Below are positions 50,616 through 59,427 of a DNA stretch of 64,000 bases, one piece after another. The translations under genes were made by a program, and so were the position numbers. The stretch is from an uncultured Acholeplasmataceae bacterium. GTDB lineage: Bacteria > Bacillota_I > Bacilli_A > Acholeplasmatales > Acholeplasmataceae. The notes beneath the pieces are model-generated. The model was not told the DNA's origin and searched no databases. It was given only the letters and a program-made list of their open reading frames with translations. The stretch lies in the NCBI GenBank assembly GCA_963544405.1, contig CAUUEZ010000004.1, positions 16,741 through 80,740 of the forward strand. The letters run 5' to 3'. Each line of letters starts with the position of its first letter. Within the stretch, counting starts at the first letter, position 1.

Positions 50616-53594
50616 ATGACTATAAACCCATTTAAAAAACTTTTTGCCTTTGTTTTAGTGCTAGTATCTGCATTTACTTTAGCATCATGTCGTTCGCTAA
50701 ATTTAAATGTACTTAACCCCGATACTATTTACGCCAAAACAGGTAAATATAACGTAACAAACCGCGAACTTTACAATAGACTAAGATATACAGCAGGTTC
50801 TTTTTTATATGAACTTGCTAACCGCCAAATCTACAAAGAATACTTAAAGAAAGTTAATTTCTCTGACACTAAAATTTATGAATACGCAAAAGAGGTTATC
50901 TTAAAAGAAATTCTTGGAGTTGGTGAACTTAAGGATTTAAAAAAATACTTAAGAACCAGCAAAATTAAAGACGAACAAATTCTTGAAAAAACTACTAAGT
51001 TTTTAGATAAGTTAGTCCTTGAAGGCAAAGTTCCAAACACTAACGTAACTGACCTTGCACAAGAACTTACTCAAACTATTCGTGAAGACAAACGTCTTCC
51101 TGACTACCTACTTCAAGCCAGAGACTTAAAAGTTGCTGAATACTTATTTGCCAAAGACCAAATCAAAAAAGACCTTGCAAACAAGAGAAGCGACTACTAT
51201 GTAACTGACAAAAAAATCAAAAACTACTACAAATCAACTTACCGCTACCAAGACTACACAGTTTCTTTCTTAAAAGTTGATCTGCTAAACACTAAAGAAT
51301 TTGAAACTATCATGCGTTTATTTAAAATCAAACGTGCTGCTAACAACGTTTGGTATGAAATTCCAGATGTTAACAAAATTCTGCAAGAAAAAAAATTAGA
51401 CGAAGACGTTAACAAATACGTTAAAAAAATCTTAACTGACAACCCAAAAATTTTTGGTACAGTTAAAAACGACGGCTCATCTCAATTAAACAAATACCAA
51501 TTAAACGAGTTCTACACACTTTACGAAATCAAAGAAAGTCGTAAAGCAGAAGACGGAAAAGCCGATGTTGCTCTTGACAGCCGCTATCAAAAAAATGCTG
51601 ATGACAAGAAAAACTACGACGACAAAAAAGAAATATTAAAGCGTTTTATTGAAATTTATAATTTATTTCAACCAGACGACAAAAAAATTGAAATCAGTGC
51701 AGAAGGAAAAATAGTTAACAAAGTAACTAAAGAAGTTCTTGAATCTACTAAAGAAATGAAATACAAAGACTTTGAAGATACAGGACTTAGAGACTACATT
51801 TACTCACTTGACTTAAAAGACAACGGAGCTCGCCGCTATTCTCAAGACATTCAAAGAAAAAACAACAAAAACTTCCTTGCCTACCTACTTTCTTCAAATA
51901 AAGACCAAGTAGACAACGAAAAAATCTACAATAAAAAAGACGATAAATTCCAAAAAACTGACGAGGCTAAAGCAGTTCAAGAAAAAATTCGCAAAATCTT
52001 AGAAGAAAAAGCGCTAGACGACGCCTACATTAAACAAGCAAATGAAAAAATGCTTGCCAAAGTTAAAGTGCATGTTAACGACAACGTAATGTATGCACAA
52101 ACCAGAGCACTATTTAAAAATGTTGCTCACAAATCATCTAGAACTGACATTCTTTCATTTAAAAAATCATCTGTTTATCTAAATGATTTAAAAACAGAAC
52201 TAAACCCAATTTCGTTAAAAGATTTCTTTGAACATGTTAAGAAAATCATTGGCCCTGGTGCTGCTCGCGATATACTTGGGGAAAAATTCATTTTAGACAA
52301 CTACCAATCAAAAATTACTGACAAAATGAAAAAAGACATTAAAAAAGCCATTAAATCAGAAATCAACTCATTTTCTCAAAACCAATTTGCAAGCAACAAA
52401 CTACCTTCTTCAATTGGTGTGTATGAGTTTTACATCAAATACTACAATGTAGAGAAATACTCAGAAATCTACAACAAAAAAATCCTGCAAAAAGCAATTG
52501 AACTATATAGACTAGATCCAGATGTGCTTAACTACGAAACTCTAACTAAACGTGCAAATCGTTTATTTAAAGAATACGCAAACGTAGACCTTGCTCACTT
52601 ACTTGCTTACTTTGACACAAACCTAGACGGCAAACACAACGAAAAAATTACTGCAGATACTCTAACTGCTGAGCAAATCAAAACCCTTTCTAAACTACTT
52701 AAATATGCAATTAAGCAAGCATATGAAAACCGTGTTGACAAGATGTATGATACTTTGGACGAAATCGCGAAGAAATTCAATTCAATTCCGCGTCTAACTC
52801 CATACGACGCTTACGAAAAAAACACACAAACTCTTGACAACAAAACAAAAGAAAAATTAAACTTTGGTGATGACTTAAAACTAGAAGACTTAGTTAAACT
52901 AAGAAATGCTGGCGTGACTTTAAAAGCAGAGAAATTAAACAAAGTTAAAAACTCTAAAAACGACTTTGGTCAAAGCTCTAAGTTTGACGAAAGATTTATG
53001 CGCCATGCTCTAGACTTTTATCGTCAATTACTTGGAACTAAAAAACCACACGAAGCATCACTTGAAAACCCAGTAATCGAGTACGCTTCTGAGGCTCAAA
53101 ACTCAGCAGACTTTACCAAAGAACAACTTAAAAAACTAGAATCAAGCTTCGGTTTCCATGTGCTTGCTGGTCTTTCTTTAGAAAAAGCACCAACTACTGA
53201 AGGTCCAAAAGACACAATTAAACGCTTTAAAGAAAAAGGTTTAAATCTAGACAACTCTAAAAAAGACGAACTTACAGTTGGTCAAATTAAAACTTACTTC
53301 TTAAGTGATTTTAATGACTACCGTCCAGATCTTCCAACTAACTTAGTTAACGTGCTAAACAACGTGTTAAAAACTTTTAAAGAAAAAGTAAACAACGCAA
53401 ACACTAAGAAATATGTACTTGAACAAATTCTTGGCTCAGTTGACTTTGGTGCAGACTTACACGCAAAAGCTATGGATAAACTAAATTCAGAAATGAACCA
53501 AAGAAGTTTCTTTAACTACGAAAAACTAAAACCAGGTAACAACGACTACAAGATTTACAACGACTGGTTCAGCCCTGATTTAATTCGCAAATAG
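50616..53594 (+). CDS. Large lipoprotein (992 aa), possibly a PrsA/SurA-like foldase relative
   Basis: The signal peptide with lipobox is VLVSAFTLASC. It is K/E/D-rich and helical. The C-terminal SSFGFHVLAG resembles a parvulin core motif, but this is a weak match. Confidence 0.7.
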   Translation: MTINPFKKLFAFVLVLVSAFTLASCRSLNLNVLNPDTIYAKTGKYNVTNRELYNRLRYTAGSFLYELANRQIYKEYLKKVNFSDTKIYEYAKEVILKEILGVGELKDLKKYLRTSKIKDEQILEKTTKFLDKLVLEGKVPNTNVTDLAQELTQTIREDKRLPDYLLQARDLKVAEYLFAKDQIKKDLANKRSDYYVTDKKIKNYYKSTYRYQDYTVSFLKVDLLNTKEFETIMRLFKIKRAANNVWYEIPDVNKILQEKKLDEDVNKYVKKILTDNPKIFGTVKNDGSSQLNKYQLNEFYTLYEIKESRKAEDGKADVALDSRYQKNADDKKNYDDKKEILKRFIEIYNLFQPDDKKIEISAEGKIVNKVTKEVLESTKEMKYKDFEDTGLRDYIYSLDLKDNGARRYSQDIQRKNNKNFLAYLLSSNKDQVDNEKIYNKKDDKFQKTDEAKAVQEKIRKILEEKALDDAYIKQANEKMLAKVKVHVNDNVMYAQTRALFKNVAHKSSRTDILSFKKSSVYLNDLKTELNPISLKDFFEHVKKIIGPGAARDILGEKFILDNYQSKITDKMKKDIKKAIKSEINSFSQNQFASNKLPSSIGVYEFYIKYYNVEKYSEIYNKKILQKAIELYRLDPDVLNYETLTKRANRLFKEYANVDLAHLLAYFDTNLDGKHNEKITADTLTAEQIKTLSKLLKYAIKQAYENRVDKMYDTLDEIAKKFNSIPRLTPYDAYEKNTQTLDNKTKEKLNFGDDLKLEDLVKLRNAGVTLKAEKLNKVKNSKNDFGQSSKFDERFMRHALDFYRQLLGTKKPHEASLENPVIEYASEAQNSADFTKEQLKKLESSFGFHVLAGLSLEKAPTTEGPKDTIKRFKEKGLNLDNSKKDELTVGQIKTYFLSDFNDYRPDLPTNLVNVLNNVLKTFKEKVNNANTKKYVLEQILGSVDFGADLHAKAMDKLNSEMNQRSFFNYEKLKPGNNDYKIYNDWFSPDLIRK

Positions 53595-53612
53595 ACATAA
53601 AACCATTAAAAA

Positions 53613-53650
53613 ACTCCCTGTGAAGGGAGTTTTTTAATGGTTTAGCAAAT
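53613..53650. terminator. Strong bidirectional hairpin terminator
   Basis: CCATTAAAAAACTCCCT-gtga-AGGGAGTTTTTTAATGG, a perfect 17-bp stem. Confidence 0.85.
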
Positions 53651-53662
53651 GATTAGGGGGTG

Positions 53663-54435
53663 ATTGTTAACTTTGTATTTGTATCAAGTTCATCGTTTTC
53701 CCTTTGAAAATGAATTCTCCAGAGTTTTTTTATATCATCATAACTTGCGTTTCCAGTTTTTGGAGTATTAGTATCGCCTACTCTAGTGTATATATGGAAT
53801 GGGTTGACATCTCTACATTTTTCTGTTAAGTAAAAGGGAACATTTTAGAACTTTTGCAAACAATTACTCCAATATCAAAATGTAGGTAATACAAGTTTTT
53901 TACATCAATTTCTGGACAAACACCACCAGCAAATTTTGCGTTTTTCAGCGTGTCGTAAATATTGTTGGAAATTAACTTATTTTCTAATCCTACAACACTG
54001 CTGTCATCTTCAACACCAAAAATTAGATATGCTTCTTGATTGTTTATATTGTTTGATAAACAAATAATGTCTGCAACAACGAACCACGTTCGCTATTGCT
54101 GGTAAACTCTTTTTTATAGTCGTAGTAATTTTCTTCTTTTTTTGCTTTAATTAGTTCTACTATTTTTTCGTTTAAGTTGTCAATTTTTAATTCTTTGTGT
54201 TTTAGTTTCTCGATTATTTCTTTTAATTTTTTCTTTACACTATCACCAGCTTTTCCGTTTACTACCGTATTCCCCTTTTTATTATTATCGTAAATACTAA
54301 CGATCGCGTCTGTATTTGCAAACTTTAATTGCCAATATTTTCCGTTGTTTTCTTTAACATCACAATCGCTTATCTCATAACCGATTTTTTCAGGTTATCT
54401 TTAATATATTCGACATCTATGGTTACTTTTGACAT
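53663..54435 (-). pseudogene. Decayed AlbA_2 (Schlafen-like, 'divergent AAA' putative DNA-binding) domain gene with at least 3 frameshifts
   Basis: Four frame-shifted pieces translated by hand: (1) MSKVTIDVEYIKDNLKK. (2) IGYEISDCDVKENNGKYWQLKF...KKEFTSNSE. (3) VVADIICLSNNINNQEAYLIFGVEDDSSVVGLENK...IGVIVCKSS. (4) VPFYLTEKCRDVNPFHIYTRVGDTNTP...LTITP*. The first break is at the A6 run 54385-54390; an A7 run would restore the frame. There is no ORF >=60 aa with a Met here. Confidence 0.75.
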
Positions 54436-54468
54436 ATTTTATCCCAGTCTAGCTATTTTTTAATAAAA

Positions 54469-55254
54469 TTATTGATTGTTTTTTTCAGTATATTCATTAA
54501 TTAATCTCAAAATTTCTTTTATATCGTGTTTATGCTTAACAGAGCATATGCCAAAAAACCTAAAAATATTTAATAAAGAGCCTTTGTTTTTTTCGTCGAT
54601 AACGAGCGAAGTATAATTGAATTTTAACTGTTTTGCTGTTTTTCCAATCATTTCGTTACCGTTTTCTAGTGATGCGATAGGTATAATTAAATATAACATT
54701 GGTTGGACGCCAGTGGCATATTGTTGTTTTTGTATTGATATTTCAACTGATAAATCGTAATTTTTTTCTTTGTGTATAAAAGTTGGCAGAGTTATATCTT
54801 GTTGTTTAAAGAAAAATCCATCTACTTCGTAATCGCCGACAAAATTCATTTTAATTTTGAATTCTTCCTCTAACGATATTTTATTTTTTGATACTTCATT
54901 AATCAAATTTTGAATTTCATTATTAGTTACGATACCAGCATCAAACATAGCAACAAGATATTCTGATAATTCATATGGGTGTTTTTCAACACCTTTAAGG
55001 TTTGTAAATTTTATCTCATTTAGTATGGTTGGTTTTGATATAGGATCGTTTTCATAGCTTTTTACAGGAACATCGTATCCTATTTGCCATTCTATGTAAC
55101 TATCTCTAGAATAAGGAATTTTATCAGTAGAAAACCCTTCACCATAATCGTTTGATGTTTTTCTATTTTTCCACCTAAATTTTCCTTTGTTTTTAACAGG
55201 GATACTAATATGAACTTTATTATTTTTTACAAAAAATATTTTACTTTCTTTCAT
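54469..55254 (-). CDS. Hypothetical protein, 261 aa. No family recognised. Candidate partner (endonuclease or effector) of the adjacent methyltransferase.
   Basis: An intact ORF 86 nt downstream of the MTase on the same strand, in an AT-rich islet. I could not identify a convincing PD-(D/E)XK, HNH or GIY-YIG motif. Confidence 0.6.
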   Translation of the reverse strand: MKESKIFFVKNNKVHISIPVKNKGKFRWKNRKTSNDYGEGFSTDKIPYSRDSYIEWQIGYDVPVKSYENDPISKPTILNEIKFTNLKGVEKHPYELSEYLVAMFDAGIVTNNEIQNLINEVSKNKISLEEEFKIKMNFVGDYEVDGFFFKQQDITLPTFIHKEKNYDLSVEISIQKQQYATGVQPMLYLIIPIASLENGNEMIGKTAKQLKFNYTSLVIDEKNKGSLLNIFRFFGICSVKHKHDIKEILRLINEYTEKNNQ

Positions 55255-55340
55255 TTTGACAACCCTTTAACATAATTTTATCAAATATATGCGTTAAAAG
55301 AAACCTAAATTTCATATTTGCCAAATAAATTGAAAATAAA

Positions 55341-56492
55341 TTAAAAGATGTACATTTTTTCTAAACAATCATGAAGAATTTTTTCATTTTCTAATTCAGC
55401 GCCATACATGTTTTCAATATCTATTTTAAAAAAATATTTCCTAACTAGGGAATTATTGTTAAATGCGTAATATGCAGATGCATTCTTGAATTCATCAGTT
55501 ATTTTTTTTGGATATAAAGGCGATAAATTGCCATAAATATATTTATTTTTTCTGGGATTAAAATTATTTTTAAAAAATAAAATCCAGCCATACTTATACA
55601 AATTTTCAACTTTAACTTCGACACCATTGGGAATATCACCTTCTATGAAAGTTGCGTTTCTCATTAGAGCGTTTATATCTCTTAATGTGTAAAACTGCAA
55701 TCCATCGTGTTTCCCTTTTTTTGGATATTTATTAACATTATCATCTATAGTTGTAATATTTGAAAAAACTATATTTTTATTGCTGTTGTAGATATTAAAC
55801 TTAAAATTATTTATAAATTCTATATCCATTCCTTTTGAATTGCGCTCATATAGAGAAGCAACAACTGGAAATTCAGAATTTGTCTTTTTTATAGATTCGA
55901 AATATTGACTAGAGAAAATAACTGATTTTAATAGTCTGTAGTTTTCTTTAAAAAAGCCTAATGATCTAAAATTATTTTTTTTAATAAGATACGCAAGCGG
56001 ATGTAACACACAAATATATTTGGCTTCTAGCACAGAATAAGCTTTTAAAAAAGAAACTCCAAAATCTCTAGAATATACTTTTTCATCACAAACAAGCGAA
56101 CCTTTCTCGCCTTTTTTATATAAACTTGTTACATCGTTATATGGCGGGTTACCAATTACAACAAATTCATCTTTATGACTTAGTTTGTATTTATCTCTAC
56201 TAATGTTTAATAGTGAGTTTTCTCGATAAATTTGAATAGTTGGATACTCTTGTTTTAATAATCTATAAGATTTCTCATCATATTCAGTGGCAAAGCACCT
56301 CTTTCCTTTACCTATAAACTGTTGCAAAAAAGCTCCATATCCAGAGCCAAAATCACCGATTACGCTGTTTAAACTAATATACTCATCTAAAAGCTCAGAA
56401 ACAAGACTGACTAAGTGTTGAGGAGTAAAAATACTTCCGTTTTTAATAATTTCTTCTTTAGATAAATGTTTAATATTAGAAGAATCAACCAT
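55341..56492 (-). CDS. N6-adenine DNA methyltransferase, gamma-class (TaqI/Eco57I-like order of motifs)
   Basis: Motif X-like GSIFTPQHLV, motif I GDFGSGYGAF and motif IV IGNPPY occur in that order, followed by a ~230-aa variable C-terminal region (presumed TRD). The start is ATG 56492 (MVDSSN...) after AGGAG. Confidence 0.8.
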   Translation of the reverse strand: MVDSSNIKHLSKEEIIKNGSIFTPQHLVSLVSELLDEYISLNSVIGDFGSGYGAFLQQFIGKGKRCFATEYDEKSYRLLKQEYPTIQIYRENSLLNISRDKYKLSHKDEFVVIGNPPYNDVTSLYKKGEKGSLVCDEKVYSRDFGVSFLKAYSVLEAKYICVLHPLAYLIKKNNFRSLGFFKENYRLLKSVIFSSQYFESIKKTNSEFPVVASLYERNSKGMDIEFINNFKFNIYNSNKNIVFSNITTIDDNVNKYPKKGKHDGLQFYTLRDINALMRNATFIEGDIPNGVEVKVENLYKYGWILFFKNNFNPRKNKYIYGNLSPLYPKKITDEFKNASAYYAFNNNSLVRKYFFKIDIENMYGAELENEKILHDCLEKMYIF

Positions 56493-56844
56493 TTTTTTTA
56501 CTCCTGTTATAGTTGTTATAAAAATATAGTTTATGAAACATCGCTGCATATGATGTTATCTATATTAAAATAGCGCTAATGCATAATTTTGTGTAAATAA
56601 ATTAAAACTTAAATTATAAATTATATATTTTAAATACAATTTTTAAGTTGTTGCAAAAGATGATATATATTTAACAATTTGTTAAAAAGGTATGTCATAA
56701 TTTACATTTGCATATTGTAAATCTTTACTTTGTTATCTTAATTTAACAACCAAAAATTATAAGGACAATCACTAAAATTTAAATTGTTATGGTTTCTTCC
56801 GTGTTTAAGACTAAAAAAACAAATAACTTGTATGATAAGAAATA

Positions 56845-56918
56845 TGGTAGGCCCAGTAGGGTTCGAACCCACGATCGCAGAGTCAGAGTCTGCTGCCTTA
56901 CCGCTTGGCGATGGGCCT
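56845..56918 (-). tRNA. tRNA-Gln (anticodon CUG), CCA encoded
   Basis: Hand-folded cloverleaf. The acceptor stem is AGGCCCA/TGGGCCT. The D-arm is GCC-AAGCGGTAA-GGC, typical of Gln tRNAs. The anticodon stem is GCAGA/TCTGC with loop CTCTGAC. The T-arm is GTGGG-TTCGAAC-CCTAC. The discriminator is A, followed by CCA. Confidence 0.9.
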
Positions 56919-56978
56919 AGATTTGCTATTTGTAGTATAGCAAATTGTTTACGTTTAATGAAAATTTTGAGCAATAAA

Positions 56979-57563
56979 TTATTTAGTTTTAGTAAGACAA
57001 AGTGTATCTAAAATTTGATTTTGAGAAATTTCACCAATTCTTAGAAACTCAGCGTTATTGTTGAATAATTTAACGATGGTTGAAGGTAAATTACTAAAAG
57101 TTGCTTCGTTTTCATCAAAAACAAAATGCTGAACTTTGTCTTTAAAAGTTGCTTTTATTTCAGTTGAAGAAGTTAACGGTTTTTCACCAGAAATATTGCA
57201 AGAAGTTACTCTAAGTGGACCATTTCCTTGAATAATTTCTAAAGTTTGTTTGTGTCTCGGCATTCTAACCGCCACAGTTTCGCCTAGCAACGCTACAAAG
57301 TCTTTTTTTGTCTTTAAAATTAAAGTTAGCGCTCCCGGCCAAAAACGATTGGCAAGTTTTAACTCAGATTCTGAAAACCAAGCAAACTCGCTAGCCTGTT
57401 TAACCGAAGAAACTAAGACAGGAATAGCCTTTTCAAGTGGTCTTTTTTTAATTTCAAAAAGACGAACCAAAGTATCACATGCCCTTAATTTACAACCAAT
57501 TCCGTACACAGTATCTGTAGGCAACACAATAATATCGCTTTCTTTTAAAATGATTTTATTCAT
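56979..57563 (-). CDS. tsaC: L-threonylcarbamoyladenylate synthase (YrdC/YwlC family)
   Basis: 194 aa. It has the VLPTDTVYGIGC motif and the conserved prfA-prmC-ywlC gene order. Confidence 0.85.
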   Translation of the reverse strand: MNKIILKESDIIVLPTDTVYGIGCKLRACDTLVRLFEIKKRPLEKAIPVLVSSVKQASEFAWFSESELKLANRFWPGALTLILKTKKDFVALLGETVAVRMPRHKQTLEIIQGNGPLRVTSCNISGEKPLTSSTEIKATFKDKVQHFVFDENEATFSNLPSTIVKLFNNNAEFLRIGEISQNQILDTLCLTKTK

Positions 57564-57567
57564 TTTT

Positions 57568-58428
57568 TTATATCTCCGAAATTAAAGCAAATCGCACATT
57601 CTCGCGTTCATCTAAATGAAATTTAACCTTAAAGCCTTTTGGTAAATTAGTTTCAATTAACTCTTTGTGGGTAGGTGAAATTTCTAAAATTACATGGCCT
57701 CCTGGATTTAAGTATTTAGGAAAATATAAAAGTATTTTTTTAATAATCGCAAATCCTTTTTCTTTGGCATACAAGGCTATTTTAGGTTCAAAATTGACGT
57801 TTTTAGAAACGTATTCACCATTAGTCAAATAAGGTGGATTTGCTGTAATTAAATCAAACTTTGAGGTGATTTTTTCAAATAAATCACTTTGAACAATCGG
57901 CACATCTGCTTGTAGGTTTTTTGAGTTTTGCTTTGCAACTTTCAAGGCTTTTTTAGAGATATCTGAAAGTAAAACTCTGACGTTTGGCACTTCTTTTTTT
58001 AAAGTAAGGCCTATACAGCCACTGCCTGTACATATATCTAAAACAGAATTAAACGAAAGTGTTTTGGCTAAGTCTATTAAAAGTTCTGTGGTGAATCTAG
58101 GTATCAAAACATTTTGGTTTACTTTAAAGTCATATCCATAGAAGTTCTGAACACCAAGTAAATACTGAGCGGGTAAGTTTTTTTCAAAAACTTGTTTTAA
58201 AATTTTAATGAACTTAAATTTTTGAAAATAAGTTAATTTTAAGTCTTGAACTAAATAAAGTTCAAATTTAGCCTTATTTAAAATTTGGCTAAGAACTAGT
58301 TCAACAATGTTTTCTTCAAGTTCGTGTCTACGAAATAATTCTTGATAATAATTCAGTAAAGCACTTACTTGTCTAGTCTTTATTTTCAGCAAGCGCACGA
58401 CGTTCAAATTCCTGTAGTAAAGGGTCAA
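57568..58428 (-). CDS. prmC: Release-factor glutamine methyltransferase
   Basis: 286 aa. Motifs are DICTGSGCIG and ANPPY. It is downstream of prfA. The 5' end overlaps prfA by 56 nt, so the true start may be further in. Confidence 0.85.
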   Translation of the reverse strand: MTLYYRNLNVVRLLKIKTRQVSALLNYYQELFRRHELEENIVELVLSQILNKAKFELYLVQDLKLTYFQKFKFIKILKQVFEKNLPAQYLLGVQNFYGYDFKVNQNVLIPRFTTELLIDLAKTLSFNSVLDICTGSGCIGLTLKKEVPNVRVLLSDISKKALKVAKQNSKNLQADVPIVQSDLFEKITSKFDLITANPPYLTNGEYVSKNVNFEPKIALYAKEKGFAIIKKILLYFPKYLNPGGHVILEISPTHKELIETNLPKGFKVKFHLDERENVRFALISEI

Positions 58429-59422
58429 TTATCAAGGCTACATTTCCGTCAATAATTGAGTCTAGTCTTTGCAGAGTTAAGCCAATTCTGTGGTCGGTTA
58501 CCCTATTTTGTGGGTAATTGTAGGTTCTGATTTTTTCAGAACGCTGGCCACGACCTACTAGTTCTCGTCTAAGTTCGCCTTCTTTGCCGGCTTTCTCTTG
58601 CATCATTTGGTCGTATAGTCTTGACTTTAGCACAATGTAGGCAGAGTCTTTATTTTCATGCTGAGACTTTCCGTCTTGACAAGAAACTACGGTATTTGTC
58701 GGAATATGCGTTAACCTTACTGCTGATTTTGTTGTGTTAACAGACTGACCCCCTGGACCACTTGAACAAAAATAATCTACTCTGATTTCTTCCCAAGGTA
58801 AATTAAAGTCGATTTCTTCAGCCTCTGGTGTCACGTATACGGTAGAAGTTGAAGTGTGTACACGCCCCATGCTTTCGGTTTTTGGAACTCGTTGAACCCT
58901 GTGAACTCCAGACTCATATTTAAGCACAGAAAAGGCATTTTCGCCTTTAATCATAAACTCAATTGTAGAAAACCCACCTTGAGTGCCCGGACTTGAGTTT
59001 AAAACTTCTACTTTCCAGCCCTTGCTGTCGGCAAAACGCTGATACATACGAAAAAGGTCTCCGGCAAAAATATTGGCCTCGTCTCCTCCAGTTGCTCCTT
59101 TGATTTCAACAATTACGTTTTTATCGTCATCTGGATCTTTTGGGAGCAGAAGCACTTTTAGTTTTTCTTCAAGTGCCTTAATTTTTTCAGTCAACTCTAC
59201 TTTTTCTTCGTGAATTAGCTCAAGCATTGAAGGGTCTTCAATTTCAGTAAGTTCTTTTAACTGAGTGTTTAAGTCTTTATATGCCAAATAAGTTTCTACA
59301 ATAGGTTTTAATTTTGAAAATTGCTTTGACAGTTTAGTCATAGTTTTAACGTCTTGAACTTCTGCAAGTTGACGTTCTAAATCTAGATAAACTGTGTAAG
59401 TTTCTTCTAATCTTTCAAACAT
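58373..59422 (-). CDS. prfA: Peptide chain release factor 1
   Basis: 349 aa. Motifs are GPGGQSVNTT and RVPKTESMGRVHTST. Confidence 0.92.
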   Translation of the reverse strand: MFERLEETYTVYLDLERQLAEVQDVKTMTKLSKQFSKLKPIVETYLAYKDLNTQLKELTEIEDPSMLELIHEEKVELTEKIKALEEKLKVLLLPKDPDDDKNVIVEIKGATGGDEANIFAGDLFRMYQRFADSKGWKVEVLNSSPGTQGGFSTIEFMIKGENAFSVLKYESGVHRVQRVPKTESMGRVHTSTSTVYVTPEAEEIDFNLPWEEIRVDYFCSSGPGGQSVNTTKSAVRLTHIPTNTVVSCQDGKSQHENKDSAYIVLKSRLYDQMMQEKAGKEGELRRELVGRGQRSEKIRTYNYPQNRVTDHRIGLTLQRLDSIIDGNVALIIDPLLQEFERRALAENKD

Positions 59423-59427
59423 AGTTT

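Noticed and set aside
53600-56920. att-type direct repeat of the tRNA-Gln 3' end at the far boundary of the AT-rich islet
   Set aside because: I looked for GGTTCGAACCC/TGGTAGGCCC-like sequence near 53600-53700 and found none by eye. The islet therefore cannot be called a classical integrative element, although a computational repeat search could still find a short one.
56738-57011. ORFs 56738..56974 (-) and 56784..57011 (+)
   Set aside because: Both run straight through the tRNA-Gln gene (56845-56918), so they are artefacts.
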